A stretch of DNA of 64,000 nucleotides from Callorhinchus milii (lineage: Eukaryota). Location: assembly GCF_018977255.1 (NCBI RefSeq), contig NW_024704742.1, positions 30,320,001 to 30,384,000 on the forward strand, written 5' to 3'. A program made the translations under genes and the position numbers. Below are positions 49,420 to 63,400 of this stretch, one piece after another (positions within the stretch are counted from its first letter, which is position 1; every line of letters starts with the position of its first letter). The notes under the pieces are model-generated. The model did not search any database. It saw nothing but the letters and a program-made list of their open reading frames with translations, and was not told the origin of the DNA.

Positions 49420-51183
49420 ACTCGCTCAAGTGCCAGGTGTGGGCTGCCGAATGTATGTGGCTCAAATCCGGCCCAACGGTCTACCGGCACATCTGGCTGG
49501 ACCTCATCATAACCTACCGCTCCGCCCTCACCTCGGCCAAATCGTCCTTCTATTCCAGGTTAATCCTGGAGGCGAAGGGCAACCCCAGGCTCCTATTCTC
49601 CACCACCAACCGGTTCCTCCGCCCTCCCCGCCACGCCTCGCAGATTCTTTCCTCCGACTCCCACTGCGAAGAAGTGCTGGACTTCCTCGAGTCCAAAATT
49701 GTGGTAATCCGACAGCTGCCGCTGGCCTCCCAACTTCCAACCCCTCCCTACATCCCCCCACACTCCGACCACTACCCATCCCGCCTTCCACACCTTTGAA
49801 CCTGTCACCCCCTCCTCTATCATCAGCACCATATCCTCCATGAAGCCCACCACCTGCTCCCTGGACCCCATCCCCACCCCTCTCCTTAAATCCTAGCTCC
49901 ACCTCCTTGCCCCACTACTTGCCGACAGAATCAACTTCTCCCTGTCATCTGTAACTGTTCCTTACCCCCTCAAAACAGCCACTGTCACCCCCACCTTGAA
50001 GAAACCTTCCTTTGACCCAACAGAGCTATCCAGCTACTGGTTCAGGTCCTACCTTTCACACCACCTCCACTTTGTCTCAGCTAATGGCTTCTCCTCCATC
50101 CCCCACACCATCTTGTGCGGTGTTCCTCAGAGCTCTGTCCTCAGTCCCCTCCTCTTCACCCTCTACATGCTCCTCCTTGGTGACATCATCCGCAGATATG
50201 GAGTAAATTTCCACATGTATGCGGATGACACCCAACTCTATCTCTCTGCCTCCACCCTGAACTCCAGGATGACTGGCATCCTGACCGACTGCCTGTCCAA
50301 CATCAAGTCCTGGACGAGAGAAAAACTTTCTCCAACTCAACGTCAGCAAGACCAAGGCCTTCCTGATTGGCTCGTGCCAGCGCCTCCGCACCTCAGGCGC
50401 TGGCAGCATCAGCCTCCACGGCTGCACACTCAACCTCACTAAGCCAGTCAGCAGCCTGGGTGTCTTGTTTGACCCTGAACTGTCCTTTCTCCCCCACATC
50501 TGCACCATGACCGGCACTGCCTACCACCACCTCTGCAACACTGCCAGACGCCGCCACTGCCTCACCTCTCAGGCTGCAGAAACCCTCATCAATGCATTCG
50601 CCACATCAAGGCTCGATTATGGGAACTCCCTCCTCATCGGCCTTCCCAACTCTTCCCTTCACAAGCTGCAGATCATCCAAAACTCTGCAGCTCGTGTACT
50701 CGCATGCACCAGGCTCTGTGACCCTACCCTCGCCCGATTCCACTGGCTCCCCATCCCTCAGAGGATCAAATTCAAAATCCTTGTCCTCACTTTCAAGGTC
50801 ATCCATGGCCTTGCCCCCTTCTACCTGTCTGACCTGCTGACTCCCTACCAACCTGCCCACTCCCTCCGTTTAGCGGGTTCCGGTCTGCTTCATGTCTCCC
50901 GCCCGACCTGCTCTACCATCGGTGGCTGGGCTTTCAGCCTCTCTGCCCCATACTCTGGAACTGCATCCCATACTCCCTTCACCTCGCTTCCTCCCTTGCC
51001 TCCTTGAAGGCCGGTCTCAAAACCCTTCTCTTCGATCGTGCCTTTGGTCGCCCTCCCCCTCTCTGCCTTCCCTCACCTTCACCCTATCCCTACCCCATGC
51101 TCAGGTCCTGACCCCTGACTGTCCAGAGCCTTGCGACGTCCTCCCGACGTGGAAAGCGCTCTATAAATGTAATTTTGTTGTTG
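49420..51183 (+). mobile_element. L2 copy with an internal deletion in RT
   Basis: Collinear with the reference L2; junction CAGCTACTGG|TTCAGG near 50040; intact 3' tail. Confidence 0.9.
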
Positions 51184-51744
51184 ACCCAAATAAGGCTTTT
51201 ATTACAGAAAGTTACTGGCCCAGTAAATTAGAGAGAAAAAAAAAGGCTGGGGGCCGAGCTGTGTGGCCAGGTCAGGGCTGCTGTAGAGAGGGTGGGTGTG
51301 ACTCCTGAAAGACTGAGTACCACAAGTGAGAGTGACGCATTGAGAGGGTGCAGGTCATTGATGGCGGGATTTAGAAGGGTAGACCAGCCCCGGGTTCTTC
51401 TCACTCAGGTAGGGTGAACCTAGCTGGGCAAGTTTGCAATTTATATAGCACTTTATCATCTTGATAAAACATCTCAAAGCACTTCACGGGTTTTACTGTG
51501 AAGTCTGGTGACAATGAATGGTTGGATAGGAAGACAGAATTCTTCTTGACTATCACTTTGCCTTTTGTTACTCGGGTCAGGGAAATCTCCCACTCAGCTC
51601 CTGTTAATCCTGCAAGCCAAAGTTCTAACGGTAAGGGTGGTCCTAGCTGGACAAGCATCGGGAAAGCTTGCCAGACAGTAATATCAATGACAAGCTATGC
51701 GGCAGACACACGGTTGATCAAAATAAACGCTCCAATGTCAGATT

Positions 51745-52028
51745 TGCAAGCGAGAGATCTGGGTTCAATTCCAGGCAGGGTGAAACCTTGGGCAAGTTTC
51801 CTTATTCCACACACCTAATAATAATCCCTCCAAAAAAGAAACCAATAATAAATTGGTCATTTTCAATCCACGACTGTTTGTGGGACACTGCTGTGCGCAA
51901 TTGGCTGCCGTGTTTCGCCCACAAATATACAGTCAATTCACTTTACAGCATATTCTGTGAAGTGCTTTGAGACGTCTAGAAGACATGAAAAGCACTATAT
52001 CAAATGCAAGGATTATTATTATTATTAT
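51745..52028 (+). mobile_element. SINE, short subfamily, 5' truncated
   Basis: Matches the family from the anticodon-like region to the (ATT)n tail. Confidence 0.85.
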
Positions 52029-52504
52029 TTTACATCTTACTGCAAATGTATAAAGAATAACTTTGCCGAACAGTCACATATTTTGTCATACTGCCAATTC
52101 ACTAAGTAAAGATTTAAATAAAATTGATAACATTGACATCAGTGTCTGAAAATCAAAGTTCATATAATATTTACTATAATGCATTTACATTTTATAAGTT
52201 TTGTACATAGTAATGCCACTCAAAGCAATGGTCTAAATGTTCTTGCATTTAGTATCACTAGCAATCATTAAGTTGTTAAAAAAAGGCTTCTGTTTAACTA
52301 TTTATTTTTCCAGTTTAGTGTAACTCTGGCAAAGAAACATATTAACTAGATACACCTGCTTAAAACTTCCAGGATACAAAATCCTTGTGAAATTACAATA
52401 GGTCTTTTTGAAATGTCAAATATTTGTCGGTAGTTAAATTGATTGGCAGATTGCTTTTCTGGGGTTAATAGCCTTTTCAAAAAAAATAATTTGGTCACTT
52501 AATT

Positions 52505-52840
52505 AGAGTCCTGTAGCTCAGTGGTTAGAGCACTCGCTTTGCAAGCGAGAGACCTGAGTTCAATTCCAGGCAGGGCGAAACCTTGGGCAAGTTTCCTTAA
52601 TCCACACGCCTAATAATAATCCCTCCAAAACCAAAAACAATAATAAAATTGCCATTTTCAATCTACGACTGTTTGTGGGACATTGCTGTGCGCAATTGGC
52701 TGCTGCGTTCGCCCACAAAAAATAAAAATAATTTTTTTTTTACAGTCAATTCACTTTACAGTGTGTTCTGTGAAGCGCTTTGGGATGTCCTTCCGACGTG
52801 AAAAGCGCTATATCAAATGCAAGGATTATTATTATTATTA
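52505..52840 (+). mobile_element. Full-length SINE nested in an older SINE (TSD about TTAAT)
   Basis: Flanks rejoin as GGTCACTTAATCCACGACT. Confidence 0.88.
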
Positions 52841-54949
52841 ATCCACGACTATTTGTGGACAGCAACCGGCTGCTGTGTTTCGACTACAAATTAACTTTAC
52901 TGTATATTCTATGAAATACTTTGAGATGTCTTGAAGATGCAATAAGGCACTATATCAAATGCAAGGATTATTATTACTCTAAACTAAGACTCACAGCTCA
53001 AAAAACACCTTTACAATTCATGCTCTATACAGTTGAATAAGTAGCACCAATGGTACCTCAAAATAGTATTGCTGACACTCACACGTTACTACAAACATAT
53101 TTGTTGAACAGGGTGTCAGCTTGGCTCAGTTAGTGGCACCCTCTGATTCAGAAGGTTGTGGTTCAACTCCTACATATGGTCTTTAGATCATAGTCTAGGC
53201 TAGCATTTAGTGCAGTACTGGGAAGGTGTTGCAATGTCAGAGGTATGCAGCAATTTGGCTGAAGCAATAAACTTGTGCACCTGCCTGTTCAGGTGAATGT
53301 TAATCATCCCATGGTGTTATTCGAAAAGAGGAGGAAGTTTCTCCCAGTGTCCTAGTCAACAATTCCCTAAATTAATCATTCACTTCATGGCAGTTTGTGG
53401 GATGTTGCTGTGTGCAAAGAGGCTACTGAGTTTGCCTGCTATATACTAAATTTCACAGTATAAATCCTGTCAAATACATGATAAGGTGCTATACCAAAGG
53501 CAAGGATTAGTTATATTGTTGAACTTTTTCCACTGAAAATCTTGTGGGTTGAAATTGCAGTAATTGCAAACTGGATTGAGGTCCCATGTGCAATTTTTCC
53601 ACTTTACAAATGTCGGATTGAGAGAGAAGCGAACAACAAATCCAAGTCAGAAAAGAAGTCAAGCACGACACAAACAGCTGGCAGAAAACATCACATGTGG
53701 AAGCAATGCGAAGCATGTATTAAAGTCCAATTGTAGCAAAAGAGTTCAGGAAAGGTTATTTATATACTGCAATTACTTCCAGGAAAGGTTATTTACTTTG
53801 ATTAGCGCGTTCTTTTCATCTTGCATTTTTAGCTGAAAATTTTAATGTACCATAAAATATACATTAATTTGTTTTCCAAGATATACAAGGCAATGTTTTA
53901 CTTATCATCCACGTTCATCTAACAATTGGCAGATTATCTGTGTAATCTGTTAAATATGGGTGTGTATTTTGGGTTACTTCTATCAAAACCTGCACATGGC
54001 AGATACTGGAAGAAGATACAGTTTCAGTTCAGGGTGCGGTGATTGATGTATCCGTACTTTGAAATGTATCATTAATGCATGAGCACTTACTGGCACAGGC
54101 ATGCAGTGTACGACAAGTGCAAGAGGCTGAATAAAACAGACCATTGTAGTGGTTCCCAATGGCAAACGATGCAGTTTTTTTTCAGTTAAACCTCAACCAT
54201 TAAGTGCTCCGAGATGCCATCCGTCGTGAAGGGCGCTATATAAGTGCAAGTTGTTGTTTTAGCTGTCCTCCCAATGCACACTCTAGGGTCCCTAAGCCTC
54301 GCCTTTTGCCAAACAGGAACTCACCAACTAGTAACTATTCTCCTGGGGGTAGATAAGTGAGTTCTCCTCGGAGCTGAGCTGGCTCCGGGGTGATGCGCTC
54401 AGCAACAGAATGTCAGAAACTACCCCATATTCCATATTCCAGGACCCTGCTCATGCCAGACAAGCTTGGCTTGTCAGTAGGACTTAGCGGAGCAGACTGG
54501 TTACTTGCCTCATTCAGTTCCTGTTAACTCTGCAAACCAAAACCCTAACAGTTTGGATGGCCCTTGTTGGACAAGGAGTGGGAAGCTTGCAAGACAGTGC
54601 TCTCAATGGCAAGCTACGTGGTTTTAGCTGTTTGAACTCCAGGAGTAACCCCAACACACACTGGAGTTCTCCAAGAGCCTTGGTTCTCAACAACCTGCGC
54701 ATAATACTCTCCAGAATTAAGTGAACAAGGTGCCAGATGTTCTCTCCAGGGAGAGCGCATTTGAACTCTGGTTTGGATACCCTTAAGCATGATGATGGGT
54801 TTCTGCATGTGTCAGACACCTGTCTAATAAAAAAAAACTCCTTTGCCCAGCTGCCAGAATGCAATTAATTTATATGAATGTGTACCCAGTTATTTTCAAG
54901 CACAAATACTGGCTACTACTAACAGGATTAGCAAATGCAAAATCATAAA

Positions 54950-55440
54950 ATCATAGATAATTACGGAATATTCAGCCCAGAATCTGCCCCGGCTCTCAGA
55001 GCAAGCTGTACTTCAATTCCATGGCCCTGCCCTATCCCCATAACCGTCAAGCCTCTACCTTTCATATACCAGTCTACTTCCCTATTGAAACCCACAATGG
55101 ACTCGGGCTCTTGTACCTTACTTGGCAGGGTGCTCCACATCCTAACAACTCTCTGTGAAAAAATGTTCCTATCTCTCTTCCTATGATTATCTTTTCTTAT
55201 ATCTATATCCCCTAGTCACTGACGCCCAATTGGTGGAAATATCTTCTCCCTATTTACCCAGTCAAAACTCCTCATTATTTTGTAACATACAATGAGGTTC
55301 CCTCTCAACCTTTTCTGCTCTAGTGAAAACAGACCCAACTTCTCCAATCTCTTCTCATAAATGTAGCTCCTTATCAGTCTCATAAGTATCCTCTGCATTC
55401 CAATCCAAGCCCTTAACATCCAATTGCACTGCTCTGGAAT
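54950..55440 (-). mobile_element. CR1-type LINE 3' fragment (others near 1690-1790, 21165-21270, 24130-24600, 31060-31300, 45885-46100)
   Basis: YEKRLEKLGLFSLEQKRLRGNLIVCYKIM is a typical CR1 ORF2 C-terminus; DDTELGG near 1760. Confidence 0.8.
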
Positions 55441-56724
55441 TGTCATAGACATATTGACATGTAACAAAAATTGTGTTTTGATGATTGGCAGCAATCTTTA
55501 TGCATGATCAAGAATGCACTGCCTGAAAGGGTGGTGGAAGCAGATTCAATAGTAACTTTCAAAAGGTAATTGGATATGTACATGAAAAGGAAAAAGCCAT
55601 GCTCCTTGGCTCCCGTCAACGCCTTCACTCCTGCAGATCTAAACTCCTCAACATCCCTGGGCTCTCAACAACAACAACAACTTGGATTTATATAGCGCCC
55701 TCCTCGCCGGACGGCGTCTCAGAGCGCTTTACAGTAATAAATCCTGGGACCGAGCCAGGGGGAGGGGGAGGAAGGTGACCAAAGGCGCGGTCGAAAAGAA
55801 AGGTTTTCAGCAGAGACCTGAAAATGGGAAGGGAGGGAGCGAGATGAAGGGAGTGAGGAAGGGAGTTCCAGAGCCTCGGGGCATAGTGGCTGATGGCACG
55901 GCTGCCAAAGATGGAGCGGAGGACTCGGGGGACAAGGAGGAGGCCAGACCCAGAGGAACGAAGGCAAAGGGTACTGTTTTGAGGAAAGAGGAGGTCAGAG
56001 AGGTAGGGGCGTGCAGAGGAGTGCAGGACTTGAATACATGGGTGAGCATCTTGAAATTGATGCTCCTTGGGATAGGCAGCCAGTGCAATCTGGCAAGGAT
56101 AATCGGGGGTCGAACCTGACGCCTAAGTTGCGTATGGGTTTGGAGAGTTTTGGGGGAGGTCGGGTAGGTGGAGGAGGTGAGAGCCGTGAGATTTTAGACG
56201 TTGACGAGAGCCAAAGAGTATGGCTGCCGTCTTGTCAACGTTCAGCTGAACAATAGGCAACATCACCAAAGGAAGCAAAATAAGGAAGATCTGAAGCTTA
56301 ACGTTTGAGCAGTGACCTTGACTGAAATTGACCAGTAACTGTTCCCATTGACTGCCGCTGATACTGAACTGATTTAAGTAATGATAAAGATTGTGCCTTT
56401 ATCAACTTTACCATTTATTGAGACTGCACTGAATGAACACAGCTAACAACCAAGTCCCTGTGTGAAAGATGCTATATAAATGCAAGTTGTGTAAAACAAG
56501 AGATAAACATAGCAAATGGAACAATAAGCTCAGAAAGAGTGGCAGGGGGAATGGGTGCCAATTTCTCTGGCCAGCAGGTGATTTGGTAGTTGATAAGGAA
56601 TAATGAGGAAAGCAATGGTGTGAAGGCAACAGTATGGTGAATCAATATTTCTGGGAAACTGAAGACGAAAAAATAGAGACAAGAAAAATGTATCAAATGG
56701 TGTTAAGCATTACAACCACAGACT

Positions 56725-57760
56725 AACAACAACAACAACAAAGTTACATTTATAGAGTGCTTTTCACGTCGGGAGGACATCCCAAAGTGTTGAATAGTCA
56801 GGTGTCGGGGCCCGAGCATGGGGGAGGGGTGGTGTAGGGGTGAAGGAAGGCAGAGAGGTGGGAGGGAGACCAAAGGCTGAAAGCCTGGTCAACGATGGTA
56901 GGGCAGGTTGGGCGGGAGACATGCCCGCTGAATGGAGGGTGCGGGCAGGTTGGTAGGGAGTTAGCAGGTCAGAGAGGTAGGAGGGGGCAAGGCCATGGAT
57001 GACCTTAAAGTTGAGGATGAGGATCTTGAACTCAATCCTCTGGGGGATGGGGAACCAATAGAGTCGGGCGAGGGTGGGAGTGATGGGGTCACGGAGCCTG
57101 GTGCACGAGAGTACATGAGCTCCAGAGTTTAGGATGATCTGCAGCTTGTGAAGGGAAGAGTTGGGAAGGCTGATGAGGAGGGAGTTCCCATAATTGAGCC
57201 TTGATGTGACGAATGCGTGGGTGAGGGTTTGGGAGCCTGAGGGGTGAGGCAGTGGTAGAGTCTGGCAATATTGCAGAGGTGGTAGTAGGCAGTGCCGGTC
57301 ATGGCGCGGATGTGAGGGAGAAAGGACAGTTCAGGGTCAAAAAAGTTCCTGACTGGCTTAGTGAGGTTGAGTGTGCAGCCGTGGAGGCTGATGCTGCCAG
57401 TGCCTGAGGTGCGGAGGCGCTGGCACGAGCCAATCAGGAGGGCCTCGGTCTTGCAGACGTTGAGTTGGAGAAAGTTGGCCCTCATCTAGGACTTGATGTT
57501 GGAACAGGCAGTCGGTCAGGATGCCATTTGTCCTGGAGTTCAGGGTGGAGGCAGAGAGATAGAGTTGGGTGTCATCCCCATACATGTGGAAATTAACCCC
57601 ATATCTGCGGATGATGTCACCAAGGAGGGAGCATGTAGAGGGTGAAGAGGAGGGGACCGAGGACAGCGCCCTGAGGAACACCGCACAAGACAGTGCGGGG
57701 GCTGGAGGAGAAGCTGTTTGCCACGAGAAAATGGAGGCGGAGTGAAAGGTAGGACCTGAG
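56725..57760 (-). mobile_element. L2 5'-truncated copy
   Basis: [16 protein letters not shown] and (CAA)n tail. Confidence 0.9.
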
Positions 57761-58473
57761 GATTATTAATACTATTATTACATCAAGGGAGGTCAAACTG
57801 AGGACAGAGATCATAAATCAAACAATAACAATATTTAATCCAAACAACACATGTGCCACCATGACCTTCATAAGAACAATGAATGGATTAAGTGGAGCAA
57901 ATCTGAATAACCTGTAATTGAGAACTCCTGTTCTGATTTCAAAGTTAATAAACAAACAATTGCAATGATTCATAACTCAGGTCAGGTCCACTTGTTTGCA
58001 AGTCAGGGTGACCAAATTATGCTTCTTTCTGATTAATGTACCAACCACCAACAGAAGCACAACTGATTCAGTTTGACATAACACCAAGTTTTACCTTAAA
58101 GCTTCACAATGAAGACTTCTGAGGTAGAGTCCCACATGTCACCGTACCACAATCATTTTCTAAAGCATATTGGTTAGAGCACTCACCATGCAAGCAAGCG
58201 GTAAATCCAGTTGCCAGTCAATTTGTGGATCACTTTACGGGGGGGTGGGGGGGGTATAATTCCTTCAATAAATAAATTGGTCACTAAATCCACGACTGTT
58301 TATGGGACACTGCTGTGCGCAATTTGCTGCCCCGTTTTGTCTACAAAATATACAGTCAATTCACTTTACAATATATTCTGTGAAGCGCTTTGAGACGTTT
58401 CAACAATGTGATAAGACACTACATCAAATGCAAAGATTATTATTATAATTCTATTTGGTAGAAGAAATGCCTG

Positions 58474-59797
58474 TGTTAGATTGTAGAAGTTATAGTCTAT
58501 TAATAATGAAACATTAAACAAATGTAGAATGGAGAAAGTACTGACGGTCATGGGATAGGACACATCTGTTTTTCTCTTTTTCTTAATAAGGAATAACAAG
58601 ATAGGCTTGGAAAAGGGCAGGCGGTCACCACTTATCAGCGGATAACAACACACCCACAGAGGTAACGGTCTAAAGTAGTGGTCGACACAGGATCTCAGTT
58701 TAGCAATAAGTCTCTAGATTTTGACAGGGCATGCCAAGCAACAGAAGGCACCCCTCAAGAATAGCAACTCACGAGCAAGTTGGTTAAACTGGAGGACTTT
58801 GGTACCATCCAGGGATACTGATAAGAGGAATCCGTTCACTTAAAAGGAATGTACTAACGATCCCACATAACAAGATAAACAAATCCCAGTTACAGCCCTA
58901 AACTGATCAATCATTTGGCTTAGACAGGACAAAGGGAAGACCTCATGGAGACTCAGTCAGGCTGGCACCAAGCCAAATGGTTCATTAACCTGAGTACATG
59001 ACAGTATCAGAAGTGGGTGGAGGGGCCCTAGGAAAAGAACACTTGAAAAAAGGGTATAATAAGTCCACCTCTAGGTGAGAACAGTTAGAAGAACAGAACG
59101 ACTCAAGAGAAGGAAATAGTCAGGCCGGACGTAGAGACCAGAGGGACACCATACGTTTGTGAATATATCACTAAGCTGCTTGGGCTCAAGTGAGGGAAGA
59201 CGAAGAACTGTTGCCACTGACACCTTTAAACTGAGAATATTTTCTTAACTTTCGTGGAGTCCTGTAGCTCAGTGGTTAGAGCACTCGCTTTGCAAGTGAG
59301 AGACCTGAGTTCAATTTCAGGCAGGGCGAAACCTTGGGCAAGTTTCCTTACTCCACACGCCTAATAATAATCCCTTCAAAAACCAAAAACAATAATTAAT
59401 TGGTCATTTTCAATCTACGACTGTTTGTGGGACATTGCTGTGCGCAATTGGCTGCCGCGTTCGCCCACAAATATACAGTCAATTCACTTTGCAGTATGTT
59501 CTGTGAAGCGCTTTGGGACGTCCTCCCGACGTGAAAAGCGCTATATCAAATGCAAGGATTATTATTATTATTAACTGCATGTAACCAATGTGCTCTTAAT
59601 ATAATATAGTCAAGTATAATCCTACCTTGATATAATCATTGTATTCAAGTATTGCTTATTGGATCATTTACTTTTCGTTGTATTGTATGATTGATATTAT
59701 CTGTTGTGTATCGAAATAAAGCATAGAAAGGTGTGTCACTCCATATTAGGTATTTGTTGAGTCTTTTGATCGAACCCGGGATTCATTTTTACCAACA
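58474..59797 (+). mobile_element. Solo LTR related to 34135-34926, interrupted by a SINE
   Basis: TGTTAG...CCAACA termini, TATAAT at 59055, AATAAA at 59715, and a U5-like end similar to the other LTR. The TSD is not clean, so the left boundary is uncertain. Confidence 0.6.
59254..59572 (+). mobile_element. Full-length SINE nested in a solo LTR (TSD TTAACT)
   Basis: Family consensus; TTAACT at 59245 and 59571. Confidence 0.9.
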
Positions 59798-60091
59798 CCA
59801 TTTTGCCTTATAAACTGGAAGGAGCAGAGAAAGGACCACAAACTTGGATATATGAACATGTGTTTCTAAACTTGGACTCCAGGTAACACTCTCCCAAGTC
59901 TCAGAGTTTTCTCATCAGCTATCAGACAGATAGATGTCTGTCTTCAGCATGGTGTTATGATCTTTAGCGGGCAGCTTGTGAACACCTTGATGTTCTCGGG
60001 GTCCAAGGCTAATGTCGTATACCAGGCTTACTTAGCACCAGTTGCTTGTTCCAGGTCTTCATTTGGGGGGCTTTGGCAAATAGTCCTGCAG

Positions 60092-60406
60092 TTGAGTTCT
60101 GTAGCTCAGTGGTTAGAGCACTCGCCTTGCAAGCGAGACACCTGGGTTCAATTCCAGGCAGGGCGAAACCTTGGGTAAGTTTCCTTATTCCACACGCCTA
60201 ATAATAATCCCTCCAAAACAAAACAATAATGAATTGGTCATTTTCAATCCACGACTGTTTGTGGGACACTGCTGTGCGCAATTGGCTGCCGCGTTCACCC
60301 ACAAATATATGGTCAATTCACTTTACAGCATATTCTGTGAAGCGCTTTGAGACGTCGAGAAGACGTGAAAAGCGCTATATCAAATGCAAGGATTATTATT
60401 ATTATT
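60092..60406 (+). mobile_element. Full-length SINE, short subfamily
   Basis: Family consensus. Confidence 0.88.
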
Positions 60407-63400
60407 AAATAGACATTCCCACCGTGAAGATGCTTAGTAACGTGTCAATGTAGGCTGGAGCCCTCCATCCCTGCAGCCACTTCCCTAGTTTACCACAAAT
60501 CCACCTCAGTTCTTGGTTTGCTGAAAAATGCACTTGGCAGCATTGACTGACAAATTGCCTGTTGACAGTCACTCAATAGGCTGCATTTGGGCAAGGTTCT
60601 GGATGGCGTGGGCTGCTGATAGCTCAGCACCCAACTTGACTGATACATCTACAGGGTCAGGATGACATTATTCCTGTTGTACATGCACAAACAAGGCTGA
60701 AAGAGTTTGCCAATCGCTTCTGAATGGCAAAAACAATTCCTTTTAAGACTAACTTCAATAAAAAATTACAATTGCTGCCACATCATTATGCTGAGGTGAA
60801 GCTCATTGTGCTTTGTGGGAAGGTAGGTGACATTCACCACAGGTTGCTGTACAAACTGGCCTCCTCGTTCCACTTTGAAACCATTCTTAAAGGCATTAAT
60901 ATTGATTCATTTGTCAAAATGAATTATTCCTGGGAGTAGTGTGTGCACATGGTCTCTGACAGTTTGTAAACCTGCTGGTATACAATAAAATCTCAGAGGG
61001 CTGTACAGTGGCGGAATTGAATGCCGAACAAGGGAGATGACGTGACCAGAGGTGCTGTCGAAGAGGTAGGTTTTCCGATAGGATTTAAAATGAGCTAAAG
61101 AGGGAGGAGGGATTGAGACAGGGAGATCCAGAGACAAAGGCATAATGACGGCCGGGCGGTGTTAGGGTGTGAGGGTATTCTATTTGAGGGTAGAGCCCTG
61201 AAGTCAATCCAAGGGGATGGTGAGCCAGTGGACCCTGGCAAGGATTGGGGTGACTGGGGTGAAAACTGTTCAAAGTTTTCAAAGTAAGATTATTTCTCAA
61301 AGATCCCAGATTAAAATAATATGTAAACGGTAATCCTTCCATTTGTTATCCTGTCTTATCACTGTGCTGAGATGTCTCGAAGTCACACTTCACAGGAATT
61401 TTCTGTCAAATGTAGTGTTGCAATTTTAATTTATAAAACTTCAGTCAAGACCCAGGAACAGAGGGATTGAGAGACCACAATTCGTTCTTTTACAACTTTT
61501 ATTTATTCTTTAACATGTCTCTTACAATTCATTTTCCTTAATTGCTCCCTTTTTTTTAGGCATGCTTTTGTTTATTCCTTAACATGCTTCTTTTGTACCT
61601 CTTTAAACATTAAACATACTTCCTTTGCATTTTGTTTACTCTTTAGCAACTACCTTTTGCAATTCTTTATTCTTTAAACAATTACCTGTCACTTCACTAA
61701 GTCTTTTTCTTACCTAAAGTAAATTATAATCGTTATCCTCCTTGTGCTGGAAACCTTCCTGCAGGAGATAAGGTCACGGTTCTCAAAACTAGAATATAAA
61801 TAATAATCCTTGCATTTGATTATAGAGCCTTTAAGATGTTTCAAAGAGGATACAGGATATACTGAAAGTGGATTGACTGTATTTTTTTGGATTATGGACG
61901 AACATGGCAGCCAACTGCCCACAGCAATATCCCACAAACAGCCATAAGTGACCAATTTCATCCTACGCAGAAATGTCTGTTTGGGTCTCCAATAAGAGTG
62001 GTCGATGGCTGGAACGAAGATGCAGTCATCACATGTACAGACTTTTGGGGGTAAAGAGAGAAGTTTAGTTAGGTTCAGAGAGAGACACCTGAAAGAGTTT
62101 GCTAATACGCCATGGTTTCCCAGAGACAGTAAATGATCACTATCACAATCTCTGAATTATGTACTACTATATTATACTGTTTTAAAATAGAATTGCCGTT
62201 ACTATACTTGACTGTACTATATTTAAGATTTTACTGAATGTTTGATTGCATTTATCCTCAGTGAAGAAACAATTTGATTGAAACCATTACTAAAGTGATT
62301 ATTGTCTAGCAAAGTGTCCCTACAGCTCCCAGGACTTGCTATTGGCATGGACCATCTCCCTTCCGGCTTTTCCTGCCCCGATGCAACCCATCTCTTCCAA
62401 CCGTACCTCTGTCTTTTTCGCAGCCTTGACCATCCATCCCAGCTCCACAATGCCTAATGGTCCTGGCCTACTCGTCCATGAGTGTTGCTCCGGGGTGTGT
62501 GAGCGCAATTCCCTGGTCCCCACCGGCATGTCTGACCTCTGCTCTCTTTTTCCTGTTGCTTTTTTGCGCTTTGTCCCATGCTCATGAGGTTTACAAGTTT
62601 CCCATGTGTGCGTCTTTTGTATTTTGCAATGTACAAGGCTGCAATTCACGCTGAAAACAGTAGTGACTGTGTATTTATAGGCAACCCCAGCGGCCAATTT
62701 GCACACAGGAACATCCCATCAACAGCAATGAAGTAAATGACAACAACAATGTGCATTTATATAGCACCCTTCACGTGGGGCAGCATCTCGGAGTGCTTAA
62801 CAGTGGCAGAGCCTGACGCCGCCGGCTGAGGGAGGGAGGATGTGACTGTAAGCATGGTCGAAGAGGAAGGTCTTCAGCATGATCTAAAAGAGAGAAAGGA
62901 GTAGGGCAAGGCGGAGAGATTGGGGGAAGTGAGCTCCAAAGCTTGACCAATTTTGACCAGGACACTAGGAGTAACTTTCTTTTCGAATAGTGCCATGGGA
63001 TCTTTAATGTCCACCAGATCAGGCAGATGGAACATGGGTTTAACACTTCAACAGAGATAAAGAACCAACATGAAATGGTCATGAGCAGTGTCTGAGAAAA
63101 AGCAAGACATGGTCGGGGTTAACATGGGATTACAGCATGAAAGTGGTGAATAAATAATCCTTGCATTTGATATAGCGCTTTTCACATCTTCTAGACGTCC
63201 CAAAGTGCTTCACAGAATATACTGTAAAGGTAATTGACTGTATATTTGTGGGCAAACGCGGCAGCCAATACACACAAAACATTGTTAAGGAGAGCAAGAC
63301 GGCACTACCACTGATGGAGAAAGATCATTGGTTAATACATGTTCGGCATACACTAAGCAGTCACCATCTCTCCCGGAAGAAGGATTTGATCACTCTTGTA

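Noticed and set aside
53507..54165. Short ORFs as possible exons of a neighbouring gene such as INPP4B
   Set aside because: No recognisable homology and no consistent splice structure.
61416..62330. Possible third solo LTR (also 40951-41615, TGTCA..TGACA)
   Set aside because: No matching TSD or convincing termini.
62223..62706. GC-richer stretch with overlapping ORFs on both strands
   Set aside because: No protein family recognised; the ORFs run into SINE sequence.
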